From contig CP147780.1 in NCBI GenBank assembly GCA_037310415.1, forward strand, positions 2,016,001-2,080,000: a DNA stretch of 64,000 nt. Reading direction: 5' to 3'. A program made the translations under genes and the position numbers. The notes beneath the pieces were generated by a model, which made no database searches, was not told where the DNA came from, and saw only the letters and a list, made by a program, of their open reading frames with translations. Source of the DNA: Candidatus Atabeyarchaeum deiterrae (GTDB taxonomy: Archaea > Asgardarchaeota > Atabeyarchaeia > Atabeyarchaeales > Atabeyarchaeaceae). Below are positions 15,929-25,693 of the stretch, one piece after another (the first letter of the stretch is position 1; every line of letters starts with the position of its first letter).

Positions 15929-18739
15929 ATGAACATTTCTGAATGGAAGACGAGGAGGGAGAAGATCGATCTTCTTCTGAAACGTTCTGGCTGGGATCCA
16001 AAGGATAATAGCAGAGTAATCGAAGAAGTAGACACCAAACAATCAGACTTCAACACAAGAAACTACAAGACTAGATCCCAGACTACCAGAACTAGGGAGG
16101 CGAAAGCCTATGCCGATTATCTTCTCCTTGATTCAATAGGATCCCCGTTGGCCATAGTGGAGGCTAAGAAGTCTTCAAAGGATCCAATACTAGGGCAGAG
16201 ACAAGCAGAGGGCTATGCAGACGATATCAAATCTGGCTCAGGGAAAACCACGTTCATTTTCTTGGCGAACGGTTACGAGGTCTGGTTTTGGAACAGACCA
16301 TATGAGAACCCAAGAATGGTGAGCGGCTTTCACGATAGAGCGTCTTTGGAAAGAATACGGTTCCAAGATCTTACGAAGAAAGACTTTCAGGAAGTTCCAA
16401 TCAAGCCAGAGATAATCGACCGACCCTATCAGATCGAATCAGTAAAACGTGTGCTTGAAGGGATCGAAAGAGGAAAAAGGAAATTCCTTATCGTCCAAGC
16501 GACCGGCACAGGAAAGACCCGTGTTGCGATGGGACTGATTGATGTTTTATTAAGAGCAAACCGTGCTGAAAGAATTCTCTTTCTGGCTGACAGGAAAGCA
16601 CTTCGTGACCAAGCCTACGGCGATCTTGGATTCAAAGCATTTTTCCCAAATGAGTTGAAGACCAAAGTCTTTTCTGCAACAGTGACCAAGGACCCTCGGC
16701 TGTACGCCTCTACGATTCAGACTTTCATGGAGTGCTACCAAGAATTCTCCCCTGGGGACTTTGATGTGATCATCTCGGACGAGGCACATAGATCAATTTA
16801 CAATAAATGGAAGGATGTCTTCACATATTTCGATGCGATCGACGTAGGGCTGACTGCCACACCATCGGAGCTCATCGAGCGGGATACGTTTAGGTTCTTC
16901 GATTGTGAAGACGGAACTCCGACATATCTGTACACTTTCGAGCAAGCCGTGCAGGACGGCTTTCTCGTCGATTTTCGAGTCTACATAGCGCAAACTCACT
17001 TTCAAATAGAGGGAATCAAACCAGAGGATGTGCCAACCGAAGTGAAGCGCAGGCTAATCGAAGACCAAGGAGTGAGCGAAGAGGAACTTGACTTCGAAGG
17101 AACAGACATCGAGAAAAAGGTTGTTATTATCGGCACTAATGAAGCGATTGTCAAAGAGTTCATGGATAATTGCCTGATGGATGAGACTGGTACAATTCCA
17201 GCAAAATCGATCATATTCGCAGTGTCGAAGAGACATGCGAAAAGACTTTGGGAGGCGTTCGAGAAGCTCTACCCACAGTACCGAGGGAGACTCGCACGCA
17301 TTATTGTGTCAGAGGACAGCCGAGCGCAGGAACTAATCAAAGAGTTCAGGAATGACGACTGGCCTCGCGTCGCGATCTCCGTTGACATGTTGGACACTGG
17401 GATAGATGTGCCTGAGATATGTAATCTCGCCTTTGCAAAGCCGGTCTTCTCAAAGATCAAGTTCTGGCAGATGATAGGAAGGGGAACCCGGAACGATGCC
17501 ACCTGCAAAGATGAACATAGGCACTGGTTGCCGAGCCGGAGGAAAGACTATTTCCTCATCTTTGATTTTTGGAATAACTTTGATTGGTTCAACATGCATC
17601 CAGAGGGCAAGGAAGCAAATCCAAGCGAGGCCATTCCATCAAAGATCTTCCTTGCCAGATTGCTGCAATACAACCTTCTCCTTGGCAATAAGGATGAGCG
17701 GACAAAACTACTGAGAGCGAAACTGGTTAATGATGTCAAAGCCCTTCCGCAAGAATCCATTTCTATCAAGGAACATATGCAGGATGTTGAAAAAGCATTA
17801 TCATCACATTTCTGGGATACTGTGGGGCTAGACGCTTTCACGTTCCTCAAAACAAAGATTGCCCCACTGATGAAATACCAAGAAGATATAAACATGAATG
17901 AAGCAGCCTTCACACTGAAAACTGAACAGGTGAGCCTGGCGATTCTAAGGAACGATGAACCAGAGATCGAACGACTACGAGACGATATCGGCGAGTACCT
18001 CAACTGTTTGCCCACAACGATTCGAGAGGTAAAAGAGAAGCAGGATCTAATTGACAAGGCTCTGCAGAAGTCATTCTGGCAAAACATCACTTTTGAAGAT
18101 GTACAAATGCTTTGGAGTGAAATCCTCCCGTTGATGAAATACAAACAGCCCGAACCCAGGCCCATGATCACCCTAGACATTGATGACATGATCCAGCGTA
18201 GGAGCCTGATCGAGTACGGTCCGAAGCCATCACAAGAATATGTCAATACGTACGTACAAAAGGTGGAGAAGAGAATCAAGAGCCTTGCCGAGCAGCACCC
18301 GACTATTCAGAAGATTAAGCGAGATGAGGTAATCACAGAAGATGACCTCAGGTATTTGGAGGGAACATTGAACGGTCCAGAGCTGTATATCACCGAGGAG
18401 GTGCTCCAAAGAGCGTATCAACAGCACAGGGGAACATTGGTCCAATTCATCAAGAAAGTCTTGGGCTCATATGAGTTTCCTGACCCGAAGAAGAGAATCG
18501 AAGACGCATTCAAAACTTTCATGATAGAGAAGAATTACCTAAATGCAGATCAAGTCAATTATCTGAGGACCATCCAGACAGTATTCATGAAGAAGCATCA
18601 CATTGATTATAGGGACGTGTTAGAACCACCATTTACAAACTTTGGCGTCAACTCTCCAATCCCGAGTGACGACCTGACAGAAGTGATAGGCTTATGCCAC
18701 AGCCTGGAGTCAGAGGTGTTTGCAGATGCTAGCTCCTGA
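15929..18739 (+). CDS. hsdR: Type I restriction subunit R (EcoEI/EcoAI-like)
   Basis: ADYLL..EAKK nuclease motif, ATGTGKT, DEAHRS, GLTATP, QMIGRGTR. Confidence 0.95.
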   Translation: MNISEWKTRREKIDLLLKRSGWDPKDNSRVIEEVDTKQSDFNTRNYKTRSQTTRTREAKAYADYLLLDSIGSPLAIVEAKKSSKDPILGQRQAEGYADDIKSGSGKTTFIFLANGYEVWFWNRPYENPRMVSGFHDRASLERIRFQDLTKKDFQEVPIKPEIIDRPYQIESVKRVLEGIERGKRKFLIVQATGTGKTRVAMGLIDVLLRANRAERILFLADRKALRDQAYGDLGFKAFFPNELKTKVFSATVTKDPRLYASTIQTFMECYQEFSPGDFDVIISDEAHRSIYNKWKDVFTYFDAIDVGLTATPSELIERDTFRFFDCEDGTPTYLYTFEQAVQDGFLVDFRVYIAQTHFQIEGIKPEDVPTEVKRRLIEDQGVSEEELDFEGTDIEKKVVIIGTNEAIVKEFMDNCLMDETGTIPAKSIIFAVSKRHAKRLWEAFEKLYPQYRGRLARIIVSEDSRAQELIKEFRNDDWPRVAISVDMLDTGIDVPEICNLAFAKPVFSKIKFWQMIGRGTRNDATCKDEHRHWLPSRRKDYFLIFDFWNNFDWFNMHPEGKEANPSEAIPSKIFLARLLQYNLLLGNKDERTKLLRAKLVNDVKALPQESISIKEHMQDVEKALSSHFWDTVGLDAFTFLKTKIAPLMKYQEDINMNEAAFTLKTEQVSLAILRNDEPEIERLRDDIGEYLNCLPTTIREVKEKQDLIDKALQKSFWQNITFEDVQMLWSEILPLMKYKQPEPRPMITLDIDDMIQRRSLIEYGPKPSQEYVNTYVQKVEKRIKSLAEQHPTIQKIKRDEVITEDDLRYLEGTLNGPELYITEEVLQRAYQQHRGTLVQFIKKVLGSYEFPDPKKRIEDAFKTFMIEKNYLNADQVNYLRTIQTVFMKKHHIDYRDVLEPPFTNFGVNSPIPSDDLTEVIGLCHSLESEVFADASS

Positions 18740-20210
18740 ACTGAAGTCACAGATCAACAAACTCTGGGACCGATTCTGGGCAGGCGGAATTGCCAACCCA
18801 CTCACAGCAATAGAACAAATGTCATACTTGATTTTCATGAAGAGACTTGAAGATCTGGACAACGCTGAAGAGAAAAGGGCCATTGCTCGAAGTGAAAAGC
18901 ATACTTCAGTATTCAAGGGTCACGAAGACTGCAGGTGGTCGCACTGGAAGCATTTCAACGCGGAAGCTATGCTGAAGCATGTCCAGGAAATCGTCTTCCC
19001 ATTCATCAAGAGCCTTACCAATGGAGATGATGTTCTCTTCTCGCAATACATGAAAGATGCGGTTTTCGTCATTCCAAAAGCATCCTTGTTGCAGGAAGCC
19101 GTCGCAATCATAGATGATCTGAAGATTACAGAACGTAACAGGGACACTCAAGGAGACATCTATGAGTATCTTCTTAGCGAGTTGAAGACCGCAGGGAAGA
19201 ATGGACAATTCAGAACTCCAAGACACATTATTCGGATGATGGTTGAGCTGGTAGACCCAGACATAGGTCAAACCATTTGTGACCCAGCCTGCGGAACGGC
19301 TGGATTCCTAATAAACGCATACGAGCACATATTGAAGAAGTACACGAGTGAAGACATACTCAAGATGGACGAGGAGGGAGTGGCTCATAATCTTATTGGC
19401 GACAAGATAGTTGAGAAGAGCCACTGGAACCTCCTGAAGAGGGAGACTTTCTATGGATTTGATTTCGACGCCACAATGGTGCGCATAGGGCTCATGAACA
19501 TGATACTTCACGGAATCGAGAGACCAAACATTCGATATGCCGACACGCTCTCAAAGAAATTTGTACAGAAAGCGCAGTACGATATAGTCTTTGCTAATCC
19601 ACCATTCGCTGGCAGCATAGATAAAAATGATATCAACGATGCATTCAGACTTGACACGACGAAGACGGAACTCCTGTTTTTTGAATTATTCCTTAATCTG
19701 CTTCAGGTGGGAGGGCGGGCTGCAATCATCGTTCCGAATGGCGTTTTGTTTGGCTCGTCAAGCGCGCACATCAGAGCCCGAAAGATATTGTTAGAAAACT
19801 GTGAGCTTGAAGCAGTTATCTCTATGCCTTCAGGAGTTTTCCAACCTTATGCTGGCGTCGTCACGGCAGTGTTGGTTTTCGTAAAAGGAGGTAAGACCGA
19901 CAAAGCTTGGTTCTACGAAATGCGTAAAGATGGGTACAGTTTGGACCAGAAGCGAGAGTTCATAGACGGCAAGGGTGACATCCCGGACATTATTCGAAAA
20001 TTCAAAAAGCGAGAAGAATCAAGCCAAAGTATGTCAGTACCATTTGAGAAGATTGAGCAGAATGGTTACAACCTATCGATTTCGAGATATAAGAAGATTG
20101 AAGGAGAGAAGGTCGAGTATGATGACCCCTCTCAATTGATCGACAATGTGTTGGAAATCGAGCATGAAATAGCGAGTGAACTTTCTGCTCTGAAAGAGAT
20201 GATAAAATGA
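18726..20210 (+). CDS. hsdM: Type I R-M N6-adenine methyltransferase
   Basis: GQFRTPRHII, DPACGTAGFL, ANPPF. Confidence 0.95.
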   Translation: MLAPELKSQINKLWDRFWAGGIANPLTAIEQMSYLIFMKRLEDLDNAEEKRAIARSEKHTSVFKGHEDCRWSHWKHFNAEAMLKHVQEIVFPFIKSLTNGDDVLFSQYMKDAVFVIPKASLLQEAVAIIDDLKITERNRDTQGDIYEYLLSELKTAGKNGQFRTPRHIIRMMVELVDPDIGQTICDPACGTAGFLINAYEHILKKYTSEDILKMDEEGVAHNLIGDKIVEKSHWNLLKRETFYGFDFDATMVRIGLMNMILHGIERPNIRYADTLSKKFVQKAQYDIVFANPPFAGSIDKNDINDAFRLDTTKTELLFFELFLNLLQVGGRAAIIVPNGVLFGSSSAHIRARKILLENCELEAVISMPSGVFQPYAGVVTAVLVFVKGGKTDKAWFYEMRKDGYSLDQKREFIDGKGDIPDIIRKFKKREESSQSMSVPFEKIEQNGYNLSISRYKKIEGEKVEYDDPSQLIDNVLEIEHEIASELSALKEMIK

Positions 20211-21403
20211 GCACACAAGGCGCCTGGAGCGAGTATGCGCTTGAAGATCTGATAGTGGACATTCAGCCAGGCTTTGCTCGAAGACCTTCGTCTGAACCTG
20301 CGAATGTTCCGCAACTTAGAACAAACAACATAAGCCCAGAAGGCAGATTGGATCTGACGAAGTTCAAGTTTGTACCCGCATCAAAGGACGAAATCAAGAA
20401 GTATTCGCTTGTGAAAGGCGATATTCTGTTCAATAATACCAATAGCGATATTTGGGTTGGAAAAACAGCATTTGTCGACCGAGACCTCGAAGCATTGTTC
20501 AGCAATCATCTCACTCGTCTGAGAGTGGACACCTCCAAGGTTAACCCTCACTTCCTGGCAATGCATCTTCAGAAGCTCCAGAAAGATGGATTTTTCAGGT
20601 CAATTTCTACTCGCTGGGTAAACCAAACTGCAGTAAACACGAATGCACTGCTAGAGTTGACAGTAAAGATTCCTTCGTTGGACCATCAGAGAAGAATCGT
20701 TGCGATCTTGGACCGAGCTGACACTCTGAAACGAAAACGTGAACAAGCAAATCACATGACTGACGAGTTCCTCAAAGCTGTTTTCTTGAAGATGTTTGGA
20801 CGCGGGTCACCAGAGAACAGAATTGCCGATGTTGCTGAGTTTGTCTCAAGTGGCGCGACTCCGCTAGGAGGAGAGAAAACATATCTGCCAGAAGGAATCA
20901 CATTCATCCGAAGTCAAAACGTCCTTATGAATAAGCTCCAGCTTAAAGATGCTGCACATATTTCGGAAGACGTTCATAAGGAAATGAGGAGAACCTGGGT
21001 CAAGAACGGGGATGTACTTCTGAATATTACAGGTGCGTCACTAGGTAGGGTTGCTGTCTATGCAGGGGAAGATGACAAAGCCAATGTCAATCAACACGTT
21101 TGTGTAATCAGATTGAACAGATCTAAAGCTGTTCCAGAATATGTCTCTCACTACCTCTCAATGCATGATGCACAGAATGAGATTTGGACGATCCAGGCGG
21201 GGGCGTCAAGGCAGGCTTTGAATTTCGAGCAGGTGAAATCCCTGAAGATATACCTTGCGCCTATCCATGAGCAGAGGACGTTTGCCTCTATTGTCGACAA
21301 GATCAACTCCCTCAAGGAAAGACAACATCAGTCTACCCAAGAGATAGATGAATTGTTCAGTTCTCTAATGCACAAAGCATTCAGAGGCGAGTTGAATGCC
21401 TGA
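20207..21403 (+). CDS. hsdS: Type I R-M specificity subunit (two TRDs)
   Basis: Two GD(I/V)L TRD repeats, IPSLDHQRRIV and APIHEQ..F, terminal KAFRGEL. Confidence 0.93.
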   Translation: MSTQGAWSEYALEDLIVDIQPGFARRPSSEPANVPQLRTNNISPEGRLDLTKFKFVPASKDEIKKYSLVKGDILFNNTNSDIWVGKTAFVDRDLEALFSNHLTRLRVDTSKVNPHFLAMHLQKLQKDGFFRSISTRWVNQTAVNTNALLELTVKIPSLDHQRRIVAILDRADTLKRKREQANHMTDEFLKAVFLKMFGRGSPENRIADVAEFVSSGATPLGGEKTYLPEGITFIRSQNVLMNKLQLKDAAHISEDVHKEMRRTWVKNGDVLLNITGASLGRVAVYAGEDDKANVNQHVCVIRLNRSKAVPEYVSHYLSMHDAQNEIWTIQAGASRQALNFEQVKSLKIYLAPIHEQRTFASIVDKINSLKERQHQSTQEIDELFSSLMHKAFRGELNA

Positions 21404-22226
21404 CATATATTTCTTGATTCGCCCTCACTGGCAGAGGCTCAACAGAGAAATATGGAACTCACTTGAGAAATCAAAATCTGCGCCTCAAGATATGTACGTC
21501 GAATTGTTACGCTTGGTCTTCCAGCAATTTCATGTCAACCCGAATGTCTCAGCACCACAAATGGCGACTCTGAACGACCCAGATCTAGCTAGATCCGTAT
21601 TCAGAAAGTTCCCTATTCCTCCGGATGAATCTTCATGCATTGAGTTTCTGGAGGGCTTCTACGTCGTATTGAAGGCTTTCGGTCGCAACATATCTGAGAA
21701 GTACCGGTTGAAATTGTCACAATTCCTTGAAGAACACAACTTTCGATATCGGCTTGCCGCTGAATGCAAGATCGAGCTGACGTTGCAAGGATTACTGATG
21801 AGTCAGTTTTCCCATTTGTGCAAGTCTATAGCTAGTAGAAGTGAAAGAATCGAGTGTTTGCGAGAATTGCAGACAAGCCTGACACGTTTGCTGGACACAG
21901 ACGGTGAGAAAACTTGCATCAGGATCGCTAGCAACTTGCTGGAGGGACTGGCAATCGATAGGTCCGGACATAGGGCACGGACACTCGGTCCCGCATTGGA
22001 TAACTGTCCCGATCTCTTTCCGCACAATTCATTGAAAGATTGTGTTAAGAATCTCTATGAGTTTTTTTCTGACTACCCAAATATCAGACATTCAGGAACG
22101 CCGGCCAACAGACTGAGAGACTTGAACAAAGATGATGCACTTCTTATGATCGCTTTGAGCTTGGGTCTCTCATCATTTATGTCGAGCAGCAACGCTACAC
22201 AGCAGATTCTTGGTGGAAATCTATGA
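21396..22226 (+). CDS. AbiJ-like/HEPN-type protein coupled to the type I R-M operon
   Basis: 8-nt overlap with hsdS; C-terminal LYEFFSDYPNIRHSG resembles the LY.y.Sd...iRH motif of AbiJ-associated HEPN domains. Confidence 0.5.
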   Translation: MPDIYFLIRPHWQRLNREIWNSLEKSKSAPQDMYVELLRLVFQQFHVNPNVSAPQMATLNDPDLARSVFRKFPIPPDESSCIEFLEGFYVVLKAFGRNISEKYRLKLSQFLEEHNFRYRLAAECKIELTLQGLLMSQFSHLCKSIASRSERIECLRELQTSLTRLLDTDGEKTCIRIASNLLEGLAIDRSGHRARTLGPALDNCPDLFPHNSLKDCVKNLYEFFSDYPNIRHSGTPANRLRDLNKDDALLMIALSLGLSSFMSSSNATQQILGGNL

Positions 22227-22725
22227 TTAGCCATCCCTGCAACATCGAGGCAGGAATTGGCGACCGAACTCTAGCAAGGCAGGAAGAGCCCTCATCTTCC
22301 TATCTCTATTGGACTCGCTTGGCGCCTTCATCAATGACGAACATGACCTGCATCATGGCACGCTTTCCAGACGTATTGGACTTGCAAACCTGCCAAATAG
22401 GGCGAACCTCTTGAACCTGCAAAGAGGATGTCCCCACTACTATATCTGTACTTCCTCCTTGGGGGAAACTCCATGAGAATATGTTAACAAACATCCCCAG
22501 TAACATCAGGGGAAACCTCCTCCTCACCGAGATCATGCCGATTGGAGAGCTCCGTGAATCGTCCGAGAAGCATCCCAGCCCCTCGCCAGGTCTCTCATTC
22601 ATGCATATTTACATAGCCTCCTGTCTATTTTAATGGTTTCCTGTTAGATTTAATGTGACTCTGATGCGTTCCTATTTATGAAATCACAATGCCAGGAAAA
22701 GGATCACACACATTACCTCCAACAC

Positions 22726-23640
22726 TCATGCCTCTATGCCTCCATCGCCTTCCAACTGTTTGCTTAGAAGTTTCAGTCGGATCAATTCCTCCTCAGTTTC
22801 TCTCATGTCCACATCTTCGTATATCGCAGTTGTCTCCCTGTTCTTATGGTGTAGCAGATTCTGCAAGTCAACAGTTCTGAGTCCTCTGCGTCTCAGCTCA
22901 ACGGCAAAGGTATGCCTCAACTTGTGCGGAGACAACTTCTTGTTTATCTTCGCTCTCTTTGCTGCGTTTTCCACAAGGTACTGTAATCCCCGCCTCGACA
23001 GATCGATTAGTAGATCATTTTGGTCCAAGTTCTCGTCGGCAATATGCCGCTTCACAAGTCTTGGCATATCTTCGCTGACCAATGCAGGAACTATTATGTA
23101 TTGTCTTACGGCTCCTCGCTTGAGCCTGACCCGAACGCGGACTCCTTCGAGATCGATGTCTCTGACCCTCACACCGAGGAGTTCGCCCATCCTCATCCCG
23201 GTCGATACTAAGAGGTTCAAAACAAGCTTGTCCCTCGGAGTCTTTGCTGCTTTTAGTAGTCTGTCCTTTTCCGCTTCAGTAAGATATACTGGGTTCCTGG
23301 GTGGTCTTGACATTCTACCTGCCCTGGGCATGGGGTTTCCAACCATTCTGTCCGTGTCCATCATATACTGGAAGAAGGATGATAAACAAGCTCTCACGGC
23401 TATTATCGACGACCTTTTGTATGCATTCTTATGTGGCCTATCCTGGCTGGGTCTACTGAGAAACTCCAGGAATGCTGCGACGTCTTGCTTTCCGATCTGC
23501 TTGATGTCTTTGTCTGTTCCAAGAAAGCGCCGGAACATCCTCAGGGTATACTCATACTGTCTTGGCGTATGATCAGATGTATCGCTAAGCCTCAGTTGGG
23601 ATAGAAATGCTTGTATTTCCTTCTCCATGGGACCATTCAC
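22726..23640 (-). CDS. Xer-family tyrosine recombinase (XerA-like)
   Basis: N-terminal SAM-like domain, TGMRMGEL (R), HKLRHTFA (HxxR), LLHH..RETTAIY (H, Y). Confidence 0.92.
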   Translation of the reverse strand: MNGPMEKEIQAFLSQLRLSDTSDHTPRQYEYTLRMFRRFLGTDKDIKQIGKQDVAAFLEFLSRPSQDRPHKNAYKRSSIIAVRACLSSFFQYMMDTDRMVGNPMPRAGRMSRPPRNPVYLTEAEKDRLLKAAKTPRDKLVLNLLVSTGMRMGELLGVRVRDIDLEGVRVRVRLKRGAVRQYIIVPALVSEDMPRLVKRHIADENLDQNDLLIDLSRRGLQYLVENAAKRAKINKKLSPHKLRHTFAVELRRRGLRTVDLQNLLHHKNRETTAIYEDVDMRETEEELIRLKLLSKQLEGDGGIEA

Positions 23641-23651
23641 CTAGTGATATG

Positions 23652-23679
23652 ATTGCACATAAGATGTATTATGTGCAGT
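23652..23679. other. dif-like Xer site B: ATTGCACATAA-GATGTA-TTATGTGCAGT
   Basis: 11-6-11 site with arms 10/11 symmetric, 11 nt upstream of the recombinase start; left and right arms are 9/11 and 8/11 identical to site A. Confidence 0.85.
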
Positions 23680-23682
23680 ACC

Positions 23683-23690
23683 TATAAAAA
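23683..23690 (-). promoter_or_regulatory. TATA box for the recombinase gene
   Basis: TTTTTATA on the - strand just upstream of site B. Confidence 0.5.
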
Positions 23691-23855
23691 GTCCCCTATT
23701 TTGAGCATTTTCCCCCCTCCCCAAACGGCAAAAAGCAGCACACAGCGAATGTAAAAGCTATAAGAATCCATAGAACCTAGCATTCCAGGTAAATAACGGG
23801 GCCTTGACGGATCCAGCCAAACCATGGATAATTCTCGCGAATGCCTCATTCTCAC

Positions 23856-24242
23856 TCAGATCAGTGAGAGTTCAAGGGCGGGCAAGGCTTCTTTGATTTT
23901 CTTGAAGTCTTCATCCGCCGTTATCAGTCTCAGGTTGTTGACTACACAAGAGGAGGCAATCATTGTGTCAAAATCATTGACCTTCTTTCCACTTTTCATA
24001 AGATCCGCGGCAACCTTGGCCGCAAGGTGAAAATGCTCTTCCACACGCACTATGTTGAGTGATTCTAGGATCCTATCTACGAACTCTTTCTCCTTTTTTC
24101 CGTAGTAGTTGGCTCCTATCAGAAGCTCATAAATGGTGATTGTAGTGGTGTACAACTGATCGTCTTCACCCAGGGTGGTTTCCAGCAACTTCGGTTCACT
24201 CTTAAGCTTCAGAATGGCGGATGTGTCTAGACAGGATCTCAA
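23856..24242 (-). CDS. vapC: VapC-like PIN-domain toxin
   Basis: CLDTSAI, ITIYEL, DFDTMIAS, LITADEDF. Confidence 0.9.
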   Translation of the reverse strand: MRSCLDTSAILKLKSEPKLLETTLGEDDQLYTTTITIYELLIGANYYGKKEKEFVDRILESLNIVRVEEHFHLAAKVAADLMKSGKKVNDFDTMIASSCVVNNLRLITADEDFKKIKEALPALELSLI

Positions 24243-24508
24243 TCCATTTCAACCCTCGCTGTGCTTCTCTTTCTTACCTCTTTGCTTATCTCGATAGCCG
24301 AATCGAGAAATCCCTTGCTTACGTCACCGGCGGCTATTGCAGCCCGGAAGTCTCGGACATTGCTCTTCTTCAAGGCCCTCAGTCCCAGTTTTAGAACATC
24401 ATTCAGGGTGTTCCTTCTATACTTCCCGTAGAGTTTCCGATGCTTCTTGAGGATATAATCTGTCAGCTCCTTCCAGATCTCTTCATCCACGTCTACCGTG
24501 ACTCTCAT
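24239..24508 (-). CDS. RHH-like antitoxin
   Basis: MRVTVDVDEEIW; 4-nt overlap with vapC. Confidence 0.75.
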   Translation of the reverse strand: MRVTVDVDEEIWKELTDYILKKHRKLYGKYRRNTLNDVLKLGLRALKKSNVRDFRAAIAAGDVSKGFLDSAIEISKEVRKRSTARVEMD

Positions 24509-24989
24509 GTAAGAAAATGTGCAACTGCACACTTATAAACTCTGCTCACTCAGTCCTGTAGGGAGGAATATTCAAGCTATCACTCGTTCGTGCGCAACGA
24601 CTGTCTTCATATGCAGGCGACGTGTTCCTTGCCCAGGGATATTGGAGGCATTCCATTCTATCTTCTGTATTACATTGCCCCTGCTTAGTGGCATTTCCAT
24701 TTACCGCATTGTGATACTATTTTTGTTAACTCTTGGTTGGTTTGCATAGAATAAGAGGCTTCTTTAAAGTATAGACAGTTGCTTATCTTAACTGGAGTCT
24801 GGTGCGGGGGAAGGCACATTGTGTTTCTGGGTCTTCGGGAAGAATTCCTAATTATCCGTTTCCTTCGAACTTTAGACTTATATATTCGGGTGGACTCCAC
24901 ACTTGCATGGAGAGGGGCAGACAGAACCGAGAAGTGCCCGCTCTGTTCTGGAATCGAGTTAATGGATACCGATTTGGAGGGGTTTTGAA

Positions 24990-25190
24990 ATGTTGAAACA
25001 AGATACTGAAGATATTTATCGGAGGCTGCACAAGCACCTAGACCAGTTTCCGATCGGTTACCCTTCTACAGCTTCAGGCGTGGAAATACGCCTTCTTAAA
25101 TACTTTATCAAAAGGATTAAGAAAATCCGTCCCAATCGGCGCCCAATGCTCTATGTTTCCCTTTGCCCTCTGAGGGTCATCCATCACTAG
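24990..25190 (+). pseudogene. Truncated N-terminal copy of the 4Fe-4S protein at 32554
   Basis: First ~39 aa align (MLKQDTEDIYRRLHKHLDQFPIGYPSTASGVEIRLLKYF vs MLKKDAEDVYRKLRKHLDEFPIGFPSTESGVEMRLLKYF), then similarity stops. Confidence 0.85.
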
Positions 25191-25252
25191 AAACAGATCT
25201 TCACCTTTGTCTAGGTATGGCTCGGGCAAGGTTCGTGCCCGCTTGAAGGTTT

Positions 25253-25693
25253 CTAGCGTTCGTCCAACTTGCAGAATGCTGGGAAGTACCATTTCTCTAG
25301 GTCTCCTGGTTCTATGACTCTCTTTGCTATGCCCGTGTGCTCCAGTCTCTCGAGCGCGGTGTCAACTACCTCCTTTGGCAACTTGACTTTCTTGATCAGT
25401 TCTGCGGCTGTGGTTACCCCAGTTGAAGAGACGGAGCTTAGTATCTTGCCCAAGTCTTTTGAGAGCTCTATCGGTTTAACCTCAATGATCTTAATCCCTG
25501 ATGAGAGTTGCTTTGCCCCTCCGATTAGTCCTTTCTCGCAGAGGATGTTGACCGCTTCCTCGATCGAGTCGACCAGTGTTTTTGCCACCCCTTCTCTCTT
25601 CTTCACCTCAAGGCAGAGGTCGGCGAAAGATACTAGTCCACCCTTGTTGCTGGACATCTCGTCCGCTATCTTCAATACCAGCTCGCCTAGCTT
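25253..25693 (-). pseudogene. ESCRT-II Vps22/Vps36 (EAP30)-like tandem winged-helix fragment lacking the N-terminus
   Basis: KLGELVLKIA..SSNKGGLVSFADL, PIELSKD, terminal WYFPAF; in-frame TAG at 25694-25696 directly upstream. Confidence 0.65.

Larger units (their letters stand above)
8166..23679. mobile_element. Defence island bounded by two dif-like sites and ending in a Xer recombinase
   Basis: McrBC, type I R-M, TOPRIM and HEPN-like genes lie between site A and site B. Confidence 0.6.

Noticed and set aside
17548-18279. 243-aa antisense ORF inside hsdR
   Set aside because: Shadow ORF with no recognisable features.
22223-22602. Short ORFs between the HEPN-like gene and the recombinase
   Set aside because: No recognisable motif; possibly decayed sequence, so not called.
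22736-23572. 278-aa antisense ORF over the recombinase
   Set aside because: Shadow of a well-supported gene; Ser/Leu-rich with no motifs.
14738-23640. Invertible (phase-variable) hsdS shufflon driven by the tyrosine recombinase
   Set aside because: No shared inverted repeats were seen between the half-S and hsdS, and hsdR/hsdM lie between them; the recombinase has its own dif-like site.
8194-23651. Integron/pdif-style array with a recombination site between each defence gene
   Set aside because: By-eye scanning of the internal intergenic gaps found no further ATAA-N6-TTAT sites or attC-like repeats; a PWM scan could still find weak ones.
23690-23856. tRNA gene as the integration target next to the recombinase
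   Set aside because: No cloverleaf or T-arm (GTTCRAATC) motif recognisable here or elsewhere in the window.
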